64,000 nt of DNA, taken from the NCBI RefSeq assembly GCF_001194135.2, contig NC_068981.1, positions 25,156,463 through 25,220,462 on the forward strand, in the 5' to 3' direction. The translations under genes and the position numbers were made by a program. The notes beneath the pieces are model-generated. The model ran no database searches and was not told the origin of the DNA. It saw nothing but the letters and a program-made list of their open reading frames with translations. This DNA comes from Octopus bimaculoides (taxonomy: Eukaryota). Shown here one piece after another: positions 24,881-38,401 of this stretch. Numbering within the stretch: the first letter of the stretch is position 1; each line of letters starts with the position of its first letter.

Positions 24881-25116
24881 ACACACAGATATATATGTAG
24901 TACATGTATATTTGTGTATGTACATTTATTTACATATATTTGTATACGCACAAAAGAAGAATAAAAGAATGTTTTGTCAATCTTCCCCTTGTCAAAATAA
25001 ACACGGTCCTCTACTTGAAAGCATTCAATGATTCATTTTCTTGTTCAAATGTTTATATAAACAACACGCGAAGACACGAAGACACACATACATTTTACGC
25101 CAATATGTACAAGCAT

Positions 25117-25257
25117 AGGCGTTCCTGTGTGGTAAGAAGTTTGCTTCCTGAACATATGGTTCCGGTTTCAGTCTCACTGCATGGCACCTTGCGCAAGTGT
25201 CTTCTACTATAGCGACCAAAGTCTTGTATCTATATTTGCTCGACGGAAAATAAGACA
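25117..25257 (+). mobile_element. SINE family 1, head
   Basis: GTGTGGTAAGAAGTTTGCTT...GGTTCCGGTTTCAGTC...GGCACCTTGCGCAAGTGTCTTCTACTATAG. Confidence 0.75.
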
Positions 25258-27339
25258 AGGTCATCTAACTATATATAGAAAATACTTAGTCATCTGATAA
25301 TGCAAAGTTTAGAGAAATTAATTATTTTGTTTCTTTAATAAAATTTGATTTCCTATTTTCCCTCTTTTGAATTACATATATTCTACACGAATTTTATTCT
25401 ATTACACAATATCTGTAATTTAACCTTTTTTGATAATGAGTTCTTTAAGCAAATAAAATTAAAACAATAATATAATACTAAAAATATGACAGAAATGCTT
25501 TACCTTAATACAGAGTAATTAAAAAAAAAATATTAACTTAGATCTTGAAAAAATTGCATTGAAACGCAAAAGAATGTAAAAAATAAAACCGTGCATACAC
25601 AATTTGATGAATGAATTCTGAAATTTATTTAGCAAATTCTAATTTCAGTAGCACTATTTTAAGGTTTTTATTAATTTTTTTTTTACTTTTCCTGTAATTT
25701 TCTAGGATTAATTAGCGCTAGTCCTGTACTTTTCCTTAAGCCCGCATTTTTCATTCTTGTCCACTTTTTTTCCAAGCAACACTTTATATTATTATGATTA
25801 ATTATATTTACTTTTACAATTGAAAAAAATGATACTATTGTAAATATTTTTTAATGTTTTATTTGCACCACCTAAAAATAACAAAGGATTAATAGCAGCT
25901 TATCTGTTACAAATAGATATATTTTTAAGCAATTTCTATTATAAAATAATGTTATATTTTAATGAAATAATTAGTTTTCTAATGGGTGAAAATTTTTATT
26001 TCGATATGGTTTTTTTAAACAGGTACGTAAACAAAATAATATAAATTAATATGAAATCGCTAAAAATCATAACTTTTTTATGCTTAATATTTTTCGACAG
26101 GGTTTTCTCCAAAACTCGATGAACTCGATGAAGTCTTTCATTTGAGTTGAAAGAATATAATTTTTGTCTTAAAAAGACAATAATAATATTCTGAATTTTT
26201 AAAATTATCACCTTTTTTGTCACTTAAAGACACGCAACTTTTGTAGCTAATATAGTCACTATTAGTTTCTTCTCTTTTATCTGAAGCAAATCTGGAATGC
26301 ATAAGAACTGCATAAAACGGCTAAGAAATTTGGCGAAATATTGTTAGAAAACGGAAGAAAAGTGGCCTGCGAGTTGCTATAGAAAATCGGACCCTGTACC
26401 ACTCAAAACTTCTGTTAAGCGCTATGTACCATTAAATTAAATGATCCATGAAACCGACATTGTAAGTATCTTAAAATGGAAAAAATATTTTGATTTGTTA
26501 AAATGATACCTACTTTTCGTCACTTAAAAGCACTCCACATTTTATGTAGCTAATATTTTTTGACGAAATTTTCATTATAAGATTTATCACATATAGTTTT
26601 TCAGCTGAGACATTTTGACACAAAATCACTTTAGGGGGTTATTTACCATATATTCGTCAATTAAAACTATACTACTTTTCTCTCTACCAAATATTTTTTG
26701 ACGAGGTTTTCACCAAAAGATTCTTCTTAATGAACTCATTCTTCTAAACCTAATCTATACTTTACTTTTAAAATAACTGAGCTATTTTGAGTCAAAATAA
26801 ATGTTTCATACTACTTTCCAGTTTTGATCTCATATATTTTGACCTAGCCTTTCTTAAACTAATTTTCAATTATTTGATCTCAAAATGTAGCTGAAGACTG
26901 GACCAATATTGCTAAAAAAATTGCATTCAATTAGGTTAAAAACTGAATAACTGATGAAGCCTAGAATTGTTCGCGGGTAACTAAAAGTTGACCTTAGCAG
27001 TATATCCACTCGCCGCCACAGGTGAATAATGTACACATATATATATATACACACAAACACGAACAAACATAGATTAAGACACACAAACACACATATGCAT
27101 TTTTGAATCCCTAGTGAGCATTGATAGATTCTGTACAATAGTATTGTATGCCTCATTGTTTCTTGGGTTATGTGTTGATATAGTATTTTCAGATGAGGTG
27201 TGGTGTTTCGCTTTGTTTCTCTTGGTGTTTTAATGCCTATTTTCTTGGCACGTTAAATTCTATCATCTATAAGTGACGATGGATGGTGTCTCTCAACTAG
27301 GTCTTGAAGATCTAGGTCTTGAAGACGGAGGTCCTTAGT

Positions 27340-27425
27340 ATTTCCATCAGACACTATTTTGTGAATTCTTTTCGGTAAAGGGAATATACATTTAAAATCT
27401 GCTCTTTCTTTTTGAATAACCCTGT

Positions 27426-27426
<1 letters not shown>
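27340..27426 (-). mobile_element. Possible Tc1/mariner terminal remnant
   Basis: Minus strand begins TACAGGGTTATTCAAAA next to a (TA)n run, a typical Tc1/mariner TIR start. The other end was not found. Confidence 0.3.
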
Positions 27427-27463
<37 letters not shown>

Positions 27464-28048
27464 TTAATGAGAGAAGGAAAAGGAATATGGCAGATACGAG
27501 AATCTTTATTGATTATTACAATTGTTTCATACCATCTAGCATTGATTCCTCGCAGGTGGGATTCTAAACATCATGCACACACGCGCTCACACGCACACAT
27601 GCACATACACGCTCGCGTGCATACGCACACAATCTTACACATACATACACACATACACTTACACGCTCACATACGCACGCGTACACGCACACACATGGTC
27701 ATATGCCCACATGCCCCATTGGTCTTACACCACCAATTTCCTGTCCAGCCACGCGGCAAAAGAAACTACTTTTTCTCATCTAACTGCTGATGCTTACTTA
27801 GCAGTACTGTGTCACCACGCGACTTCCTCCGGCTGATTGTAGCCCATCTGTCGGTAGCCATCTTGGACTTCCTGAACTTCTCCGTTCCTTTGCATTCTCA
27901 CTGGCCTGATGAGAGGCTGCGAAACTTGAAGTAACACGGAATCCATATCGAACTGTCTTTAACAATACGTGTAACACTCAATACATGTGTTGATTGTTCT
28001 TTCTTTTGTTCGTCCACTCACTCATACACCCCCACACACCCCACACAT

Positions 28049-28107
<59 letters not shown>

Positions 28108-28114
28108 CATGCAT

Positions 28115-28385
28115 ATATGGGTAGAGACCGTCACCAACGGTGCAAATAACATGAAATACGTAAACAAACGAGGGAAGAGTGAGTGAAATACGTAAATAAC
28201 GAGAAAAAAATGGAAAACAAGACACGTTAACCCAGAGAAAGGACCCTTCATCAGTTGTCAGCGTGCTCGAAAACAGCAGTAGATAGACAGTCAACAACTG
28301 ATGAAGTGTCCTTTCTATGTATTAACTTGTCCTGCTTTCCAGCTTTTTCTCGTTGCTTACGTATTCATGTTATTTGTACCCATAT
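28115..28385. repeat. Imperfect fold-back (inverted repeat), probably PLE-terminal derived
   Basis: Arms 28115-28260 and 28291-28385 are reverse complements with indels, around a 30-nt loop. Confidence 0.7.
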
Positions 28386-28393
28386 ATGTATGA

Positions 28394-28430
<37 letters not shown>

Positions 28431-28758
28431 NNNNNNNNNNNNNNNNNNNNNNNNNNNNNNNNNNNNNNNNNNNNNNNNNNNNNNNNNNNNNNNNNNNNNN
28501 NNNNNNNNNNNNNNNNNNNNNNNNNNNNNNNNNNNNNNNNNNNNNNNNNNNNNNNNNNNNNNNNNNNNNNNNNNNNNNNNNNNNNNNNNNNNNNNNNNNN
28601 NNNNNNNNNNNNNNNNNNNNNNNNNNNNNNNNNNNNNNNNNNNNNNNNNNTATAAATATACATTGTTTACATTATTTGAATTTGACGGATTTTTGTCCTC
28701 ATCTTGTTTATTGATAACATAACGCTTTTATTCAACGCCTTTTCATAGCGTTTGTTGG

Positions 28759-28826
28759 CATTAAAAGCCGACGAGAATGCTTTGTAGCTCTTCCCACTGA
28801 CATTCGAAACTCCGAGTACTATAATG
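28759..28826 (+). ncRNA. Hammerhead-like motif with U4C change
   Basis: cattaaaag-CCGACGA-GAATG...CATTC-GAAAC-TCCGA-GTA-ctataatg. Helix II has a perfect 5-bp base; helix III is palindromic (ACTC-C-GAGT). Confidence 0.6.
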
Positions 28827-28877
28827 ACAACCTTTTACTGTTTGTTCTAAATTATAACACACACTCACACACACACA

Positions 28878-28913
<36 letters not shown>

Positions 28914-28929
28914 TATAGTTCAAATTTAC

Positions 28930-29110
28930 AGAAAATAAAAGACGAAGACAGGTGAAGGAACAACAAGCATGTGTAGTAGTTTAACGCTCAGAAAGGATGG
29001 AAAAGTCTTTGACGATTCGAGCCTACGCTTTTTTATAGAAAGGATTGAGGGGAAAAAAAGAGAGAAAAAGTGTGTGAGGAAAAACGGAGTGAGAAAAAGA
29101 ACGGACATCT
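28930..29110. repeat. Interspersed repeat of the same family as the 55281 hairpin arm
   Basis: AAGACGAAGACAGGTG...TTTAACGCTC...AAAGTCTTTGACGATTCGAGCCTACGCT is shared with 55300-55393. Confidence 0.65.
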
Positions 29111-29863
29111 ATGCATATATGTGTATATATGTGTATGTGTGTTTGTCAGTGTGTTTCTTATGTTGAGTTATATTTTCTTAAAAACTGAAGGATTAATTAA
29201 TATTTCCTGTGAGTTAATATTTTTTCTATACTCTAAATAGAATTGTGTTAACAGTGCAGTGAATTCGAAGTTTCGGCTTGCTGAGTAAACAAGACGCTCA
29301 CACACACACACACGCACACACATTTATATATATATATACATAAGAGTAAATGTAAGTTACTCTTACATGTTAGATAAGTCGATATACAAAAAATATTAAA
29401 TACATTTAATACAGAAAAATGTACATGTTTACATATAAATACATCCGGCTTACACACAATAGAAATAATATCAAGTATTAACGGGGTTGAATAGGAGTTT
29501 AATAAGAGTGCAGCAGCTGTTCTGGGGTCTTGGTGGGCCAAAATAATGATTGTAAATTGATTCCATCATCAGATAATACCAGCCTCCGTCTTCAGGGAAG
29601 AATTTTACATTTGCGGTATTGACAGAATGGAGTTTATAGACGGAATTCGACCCCTTTAATTCCTGTATCATTTCCATTCCGTGTATATCGGATCTTTTTG
29701 TATGCAAATATATGTACATTTTTTATATCAAATGTATTTAATATTCTATTGTATATCAACTTGCCCAACTTGCTTTTCCTTACATTTATTCCCCAACCTG
29801 CTCAAGTTTAAATCTCATGAGCAGTACGAAGTGCATTCTATACAGAGAGTACCTTCTCTAATA

Positions 29864-30021
<158 letters not shown>

Positions 30022-30349
30022 ATCTATATATATGTATATATGTATGGGCTTGTGTGTGTATGTGTGTTTGGTTTTGGATTTTGTTTTAAATTTGTGGTCC
30101 AGCGCACACTGAAATACACATTTCTGCATAATATTACTTTTACATTAGCTGCCGAAATCCTCACGCATAGATAAGCATGACACTGCGTAGCAATACACAC
30201 AGTTAACAAGGAGAATGACAACTTCTATAACATGAAGCGCCCTCGCCCACAAAATAGACACAGACAAACACCAGCATACGCATATATAACCATATTTTCA
30301 TTCACATGGACCATAGTTACTCAACACGGCAGACACGCTTTGTAGTTAG

Positions 30350-30384
<35 letters not shown>

Positions 30385-30784
30385 AGAGAGAGAGAGAGAG
30401 AGAGAGAGCAATAAGAAATTGGAAGGGATCAATAGGTGGTATTCATCAACTTTTAGATATTATGTCAGTTTATTTATTTACTAAAAGGACAATTATAACA
30501 AAATACATACATGTATAACATATTATGCTTTATATATATAATATATAAAATATAAAAATATCAGTAATTATTTAAATATATAACATAGAGCAATAGAAAT
30601 TGGGATTATATTTTACGGCTGTTTCAGCTAAGAGTCAGTAATACCTCAATCTACATTTATCCCTCCAGTGGACTGAATAATTAGTAGATGAAGTTGAGGT
30701 ACTTGGGTATTTTTAGAAAGTACATAAGGTTAAGTTATAAATATAAATACATACATATATGTATGTGTATGTATACAATTATTA

Positions 30785-30854
<70 letters not shown>

Positions 30855-31075
30855 CATCATTATTTTTATTAGATGCATTATGTTATTCATATTAGATAAA
30901 ATAGAAACAGAGGTTTGAGAAAGTTATTATAAGAGGTGTAATATTGTAATTCATAAAATCAATATATCTTAAGATTATTTTAGTTTTGTAAGAATGAAAC
31001 TGTACATACATGATGAATACACATATATATATACACATATACATACATACATATATACATACATACATACCCCCC

Positions 31076-31134
<59 letters not shown>

Positions 31135-31749
31135 TATATATTTCCGTGCAAANNNNNNNNNNNNNNNNNNNNNNNNNNNNNNNNNNNNNNNNNNNNNNNN
31201 NNNNNNNNNNNNNNNNNNNNNNNNNNNNNNNNNNNNNNNNNNNNNNNNNNNNNNNNNNNNNNNNNNNNNNNNNNNNNNNNNNNNNNNNNNNNNNNNNNNN
31301 NNNNNNNNNNNNNNNNNNNNNNNNNNNNNNNNNNNNNNNNNNNNNNNNNNNNNNNNNNNNNNNNNNNNNNNNNNNNNNNNNNNNNNNNNNNNNNNNNNNN
31401 NNNNNNNNNNNNNNNNNNNNNNNNNNNNNNNNNNNNNNNNNNNNNNNNNNNNNNNNNNNNNNNNNNNNNNNNNNNNNNNNNNNNNNNNNNNNNNNNNNNN
31501 NNNNNNNNNNNNNNNNNNNNNNNNNNNNNNNNNNNNNNNNNNNNNNNNNNNNNNNNNNNNNNNNNNNNNNNNNNNNNNNNNNNNNNNNNNNNNNNNNNNN
31601 NNNNNNNNNNNNNNNNNNNNNNNNNNNNNNNATATATATATGTAAAAGAATAAAACAAAAACAAAAAAATGTAGGTGAATTCATATATACATACATATAC
31701 ATACATATATATACATATATATACATATGAATTCAAGGTTAAAATGATA

Positions 31750-32290
31750 TTACTAAGGGGATATTATTTTAATACAAAATACATATGAGAGATAAGTTAT
31801 TAAAAATTTATTAAAAAACATTATATAACATTACAGGGATATTATTTTAATATAATTCATATGAGAGATAAGTTATTACAAATTTATTTTTAAAAAACCC
31901 TTATAAAATATTACATTTATAAGTCTAACTAGGGGGATCATTAATATATTTAATAACTCATATGGGTAGTATATGGTTAAAAATATATGCCGGAAGCCAG
32001 TTTGCCCCAAACTCAAACAAGGGACAAAACATCAAAAGTGACCGATGCTGTCGTTAATCGCTAAAATTACGCCCCAAATTCCTTCTCCAAATCCTCACAA
32101 ATCCTCTTCTATATATAACTATACCTGCATATTACCAACTTGTAGTCATTATCGCTAAAAATATGTTCAAATCTATTATATCTGACAAATTGCCTCAAAT
32201 TATGTTCAAAATCTCTTATATCTGACAAATTGCTTCAAATGCAAGACTCCATCTGACAAAATGCCTAAAATGCAAGACTACATGTAATAT
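31750..32290. repeat. Two adjacent degenerate tandem arrays (~80-bp and ~30-40-bp units)
   Basis: GGGATATTATTTTAATA...CATATGAGAGATAAGTTATT occurs twice; ATCTGACAAATTGC(C/T)TCAAAT occurs three times. Confidence 0.6.
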
Positions 32291-33400
32291 TGTTGAGTCA
32301 CTTAATTAATAAACCCCTTAGTCATTTAGTCCTTTAAAATATCTATCCATCTATTTATTTATCTAATTACTTTTAATGTTGTATTTAGGAGATGCAGTGG
32401 AGTTGGGGGTTTATTTATAAATAAAACGAAGGGAAGTAACTCTAGATTTAATTAGCTCAAACAACGTATTAATCAGCTAACCATTTCATTAAATAATTAA
32501 TTAATTAATCAATCAGTCCTATCATTGGTTTTATAATAGGATTGCATATCTTAGTCTATATTCATATACATACATATGCATATATTATACATATATATAT
32601 GTGTGTATATATACACACACATATATATANNNNNNNNNNNNNNNNNNNNNNNNNNNNNNNNNNNNNNNNNNNNNNNNNNNNNNNNNNNNNNNNNNNNNNN
32701 NNNNNNNNNNNNNNNNNNNNNNNNNNNNNNNNNNNNNNNNNNNNTATATATATATACATACATACACACATACACATACACATACATACATACCCACATA
32801 CACATATATATATCCCCACATACATAAGTATCAGCAGAAAACAAAACATATACATACACATACATACAAGTGTTTGCATAAATATACAAATACACACACA
32901 CATCCACATATAAATACAAAAGTAGTATCTACAGTAATAAATACTCACGTATACATGTATGTATATAATTATATAATTATATCTAACTTAATATATACCT
33001 TCATTTATATATATATATTTGCATGATTATCACATATTACATAATACAATATAATATATATAACAACTGAATATGGAAAATTATTACAAACTATTGCCCA
33101 TATATGGATAACAAGGAAGTATGTGAGGAAAAACCTTTACCTAGGCATAGGCGTGGCAGTGGTGATATAATGTCCGCTTCGTAAAGTGCCGGGAAGTAGT
33201 GTTCTAGTTTGGTTGCAGTATAATGGATAAAACGGGTGAGAGAGAATAAAAGAATAATATTTTTAAATGATCAAGTAACATCCCCATCTTTCAAGTGCCT
33301 TCTTTTACTATCATAGGAGAGAGAGAGAGGGGAGAAGGAGAGAGAGAGATAGACAGACAGAGATAGAGAGAAAGAAAGAAAGAAAGATAGATAGATAAAT

Positions 33401-33432
<32 letters not shown>

Positions 33433-33536
33433 ACAGAAAGAGAGAAAGAAAGAGAGGAAAGGAAAACGACAGTTCAAACGATAAATAAATAACTCCAGAT
33501 TATTTTGGTCATGGAGGGGTTTAATTCTGAGTTATG

Positions 33537-33860
33537 TTTTAATACCTTGCGCGCGTAAGCGAAGTAGGGTATTGTAGGCGCTCGTCTTCGTCTGTTTGTC
33601 TGTGTGTTTGCAAAATTACTGGAAAACAGCTGAACAGATTTTCCTTAAATTCTGCAGAAATACTCATTGGGTGTGTGGGTCGAATTCATTAAATTTTGGC
33701 AGAAGGGGTGAATCAAAATATTTCTTTTTCTTTTGTTATATATGCGTAAATGATAAGCAGAAGAAATTATTCTTGATGTCCTCTTGTTGAAGTATGAATT
33801 CGTCTGAGAATATATTTATCAAATTAAATTTTATTTTATCCTTGTGTACGCACAGGGTAT
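33537..33860 (+). mobile_element. Second Helentron-type non-autonomous element (HINE/DINE-1-like)
   Basis: Starts in a T-run with ATACCTTG...TAGGGTAT (partial inverted repeat), then a GTCT/GTTT microsatellite core, and ends in the hairpin ATCCTTGTG-TACG-CACAGGGTAT. Confidence 0.6.
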
Positions 33861-34117
33861 GCATCGCCCCTCCGATGCCTTTTTTCTCCCATTATTTGTA
33901 TGTTCTTATGCTATATCATTATTCATGTATCTACAGCCTTTTAGATATTTGCGCGAACTAGTTACCCTCTTTGTTAAATGATCGTTGTGACTACAAAATT
34001 ATGTTGGACCTTGGTACATCATAGGCCATGTTTCTACTCACCGATGTGACAAAAAGTTTTTGAAAAAGTATTTAAAATATATGTATATATTACATCCCTT
34101 TTAGATATTAGTCGCAA

Positions 34118-34292
34118 ATTTTGGCACAAAGTTAGCAACTACGTAACAGGGGTAAGTTGATTACATCGATCTCAGTACTCAACTGATATCGACCCCAGAA
34201 ATTCCTCGGCGGAATTTAAATTCAGAATGTAAAGACGGACGAAATGTCTCTACGCATTTTATCCGGCGTGGTAACCATTCTGCCAGCTAACT
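34118..34292 (-). mobile_element. SINE family 3 (internally deleted)
   Basis: GGCACAAAG...GATTACATCGA...CCTCGGCGGAATTTAAATTCAGAATG...CATTCTGCCAGCT. Confidence 0.7.
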
Positions 34293-35283
34293 GTCTTATC
34301 TAGTTTAAATGTTGTATTTCTCAGAAATATCACGACTCCTTGGAATATTAAGTGCTCCACATCGCACCCCCATTTTGCATGATAAAAATTATTCCAATAC
34401 GATGCAACAACCCAAGTTGAAAAACACTTTAAAATTATAAGCAAACCAGAACTGTGCTAAGACCGACTTCCCAACGTGTTTTACTTTTGTTATGAAATAA
34501 TTTCTACAGTTATAAGAAGCTATTGGGCACTTGCTAGTTACACTTATATGGGCTCCATAGAACAACAGTGTAGTTAGAAGGAAGTATACTTTTTCAAGCA
34601 GTTTATATATTACTTCATAAATAAGTCGATATGAATTTAGTAACTATTCTGAGAGTTGTTAAATAACAAATTCTATACAGTAGCATATACTTGTGAATAT
34701 ATGTTATAATGTTCTGCTTAGGAAATATTTTGGTGTTATAATGCATGCTACACATTGCAAGTTAGAGAGGGTTGTAAAATATGATCACTTGAAGTCATTT
34801 CTTAACAATTGTTCAGACATTTTGTTTATTCCTTTGGAGAGAGTAAAATCTATAGCCGTTACACTTTAAACGACTGAATTATTGAATGTAAATACACGCA
34901 CACAAACACATACGCGTGCGCACACAGACACAGACACAGAAACACACAGATACACAGACACACATACACACAAACAAACAAAGCTGCACGCGTCTTTAAA
35001 TAGAAATGAAAGGAAGACCTATTTTCCGTTCCCAATACCTGTGTATAGATATTAAACTGACATTCTCACACCCACGACTTATAGATCAAATGAATAAGCA
35101 CCAATCACAAAAAAATTGTAAAATACATCCTGGTTCAAGCGCCACCCAGCAACCCTGTAGGTTATATAAGTTCATGAATTATGAAACTAATTCAGTGTAA
35201 CCATTTGCTTTCTTTAACTCACCATAAGTAATAGTTCTCATTTTACTTCTCTTCTTTTATAACTCATTACTTACGTGAAATGT

Positions 35284-35320
35284 AAGAGTTTCCATGACAG
35301 GTATCAAGTGTGATATATCT
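35284..35320 (+). promoter_or_regulatory. Putative core promoter of gene 2 (GTTTCC kappaB-half-site-like motif plus GTGTGATATAT)
   Basis: AAGAGTTTCC at 35284-35293; GTGTGATATAT about 115 bp upstream of the ATG; the block is shared with gene 3. An AP-1-like TGAGTCA lies at 35411-35417. Confidence 0.45.
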
Positions 35321-35429
35321 CGGTTAAACCAGGGCAGTTAAACGCAAACTGCATTGAAAGGTACTCAGGTATCTTATGTAAAATTACTTAGTTGTCATCT
35401 TTTCCACTCCTGAGTCAACAAGCTGCATA

Positions 35430-35444
35430 ATGAAGTCATTTCAA
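35430..35444 (+). CDS. IL17-like: IL-17-like gene 2, exon 1 (MKSFQ)
   Basis: taATG AAG TCA TTT CAA|GTAAGT is a consensus phase-0 donor. It joins in frame to 38402 (intron 35445..38401). Same taATGAAG...|GTAAGT layout as genes 3 and 4. Confidence 0.8.
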
Positions 35445-35472
35445 GTAAGTATTATCTGATACATAATTATAT

Positions 35473-35544
<72 letters not shown>

Positions 35545-36496
35545 AAGAGATAGAGAGAGAGAAATACAAGTCTATATGTTATTATTTGTGTCACCCTTAT
35601 TTATAAATGTGTATTCATCAGGGTAGGGCAGTTAGACTGCTCCTAGAGAAAATAAAACTATAAATATAATTTGTTAAATATATAAAATTTTAATTATTTA
35701 CGATTCATTAGAAATGCGGCGGAGTTTCAGAATAGCTATCTCTATCTTCTGAGGAGCAAAAACAAGTACAAAAATAGGAAGCGGGCAAAAACTCTGAGAA
35801 AAAATTATTCTTTCAGAATCTTAATTGCCGTTGTATGAAACATGGAATTATGGAAAAAAATGAAAGAAAAAAAACCCCACGTAATTCCTGCCCTTCTTTC
35901 TCATGAAATAGTGGTAGGCCTTCCGTAAGCTCACTATATGTGATTTTTAAGTCTTGTTAGGAACTTGAACACTTTTGCAGAGATGTAACAACCATGTGAT
36001 TAGAAAGCTTACCATTTACGTTGATATCTGGCTTCATTGTAACACGGAATTTTTCATTGAGTGTTTTTCTGTTTCGGTTGCGGCCAACCACTGAATGCAT
36101 TCATAATAGAGATATTAACTGATATGTTGAAAATTAAGCAACACCTGTGCCTTAAGCTTTTTAAAGTTAGGAAAGGCCTTGGATAGGACCAATTTCAATC
36201 TATGAACAACATAAACTCCTCCCCAGTAAACGAAACAAAACTGGTTGACATTAGTGCTAAAAAACGAAGTCGTAGGTGCTACATCGAAGGTTTCCTTCTA
36301 GAGAGATATCTAAGCAAAGACTAGGTGTCTCTTACACCCAACTATTGGATGGCCGTTGACTCTACTGAATCTTCCTTTGACAGGCTTTGTAGTGTTGCTG
36401 GTTTTGTCATGGACGGTTTTTCCATGCAACAAGTAGTGCTAGATTAGTTACATGTTATCCGTAGCACTAAGAATAACTTGTCACACATACATGTAT

Positions 36497-36527
<31 letters not shown>

Positions 36528-36533
36528 TACATG

Positions 36534-36565
<32 letters not shown>

Positions 36566-36579
36566 CATACATATATACA

Positions 36580-36611
<32 letters not shown>

Positions 36612-38266
36612 GGTATACTTAAACAAACACAAACATACCGTCTAAATATTCGTTGATAGAACGGGCAAGGTGTTCGAAAAGTCATATTTTAGTACGAAGA
36701 GTGATATTTGCAGTAAAAAAAGACAAAACCAAACCACGCCAAAATCATTAACTAGGCAGATTTAGACCGATCATGCACATTTTATGAATACTCTATCCTC
36801 CCATAACTTGTCAATATTAGATGAGCATATATGATCTCGTACAGTAATATTCAAAATATTATGTAATATGAATTTGGTTTTGTTCTAACTTCAGTACGAA
36901 TAGTAAATGTTGAGTCTGAGATATGGTGGAAGCAAACAATACACGCCACAATATTTGGCGTGAATATTTCCAATGTTAATTATTACGCAATTACATCAAT
37001 TCCATTGTCGAAATATCCACAATAAGTAATTCATATGTCAAATAATGTTGTATATTGTATATATGGATTGAATATACAAACAATGTAACAAGATATTTCA
37101 ATTTAATGCATATTTGTAAGACAAAGTTGATATACATAAAATTTAAAGGTTTTCAAATTTTATTATTAATATCGAATCCATTTCTCTAACCTGCAAATAT
37201 GAAAATAAATCTTTGAGTGTCTGTATTTGTAACAGTAAATAAACATATACATACACATGATCAGTGCGACATATTAGACTACGTAAACGACAGCCAAGAA
37301 CGCTAAAATCTGGGGGCCACTGCACAAATTCTGAACCACTTGAAATTTCTTAATCCAACAAAAACACGAAGTCGCAGTAAAAAATAGAGCAGGAGTGATC
37401 ACTCCTGGAACAGAGGAAAACAGAGGAGAACAGAGGAAAACAGAGGAAAGGGTTTTAGTGGGACGGATAAGACGAGAAGGTTTTGTGATATTATAAACTG
37501 TCATACAATTTGTCGGAAAACATTTCGAATTTTTTCTCGATACGCCAAAGAAATTTATTCAGTGATATGCATGATAATAAAAGCTAACAATAATATCGCA
37601 ACTGCATTTTTCATTTGCTGTAAAAAGAGTGGTGACTGGAGGAATTTGTGTGAAAAATTGTTAAAGGGGACTAGGTGAAATGGTGTACAATGTAGGACTA
37701 CAAGAAGGAAGTACACCATGAAGCCGATATAAGGAGAATACTTTGCAGAGCTCCGAGAAAGGACCAGTCTTGCAAATTCATGATGACAATACTTCAGCAC
37801 TGCAACACTAATTTATAAAGAAACCATTAAAACATGTAATTTCAGTAGTGTCTTTGTTATCTTCAGCAGATTTGCACAGTTTGTAGTGCACCTTTTCTCA
37901 GTTTAAATGTAACTACCTTATACTTACATAAACACATTTTGACGAAATTAGGAGTGTCGACCTGCGAATTCACACAGTATATATCTGCCTACTACCACTC
38001 TTAATGCTTTTGTTATAAAACTATCTTGTTTCTCTCACTTCGTTTCTCTCGCTTCGTTCTCTCTTACCTTCATAATGACAATGGCTTTACTTATTATTAA
38101 CAAACAAAAGAAAAAAGAAAAAGAAAGTATCGTACACTAGCTCATTGTATATTATGTCATCCCCAAGCTCTCTTCAACACTTTAAATTGCTTTTCATTTA
38201 AAACTTTATCGAAAGTTATATATTCAACTCTATAAAATAAACAACAGTAATATTATTGTTCGTAAA

Positions 38267-38307
<41 letters not shown>

Positions 38308-38401
38308 AAAATAAATTATCTTAAATGTATTTATTCGGACAAATATATATCATTTTGAAAGTAAAAAAACACCACTTTATTAATATGATTTCTTTTCACA
38401 G

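Noticed and set aside
26441-26467. ATG ATC CAT GAA ACC GAC ATT|GTAAGT as the first exon of a fifth, gap-hidden IL-17 gene
   Set aside because: The peptide is acidic and unlike MK-xxx, the shared promoter block is absent, it lies in repeat-like DNA, and the following gaps are nominally shorter than an exon 2.
25900-26900. Transposon-like AT-rich segment with internal ~40-bp direct repeats
   Set aside because: No termini or coding motifs could be defined, so it is left unclassified.
27906-27933. CTGATGA-gaggctgc-GAAAC-TTGAA-GTA hammerhead core with palindromic ACTT-G-AAGT
   Set aside because: The core is complete but helix I does not pair and helix II has at most one pair. It is probably a decayed relic and is not counted among the supported motifs.
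29471-29719. 82-aa minus-strand ORF with non-repetitive sequence
   Set aside because: No recognisable domain, no convincing splice context and no paralogue in the window.
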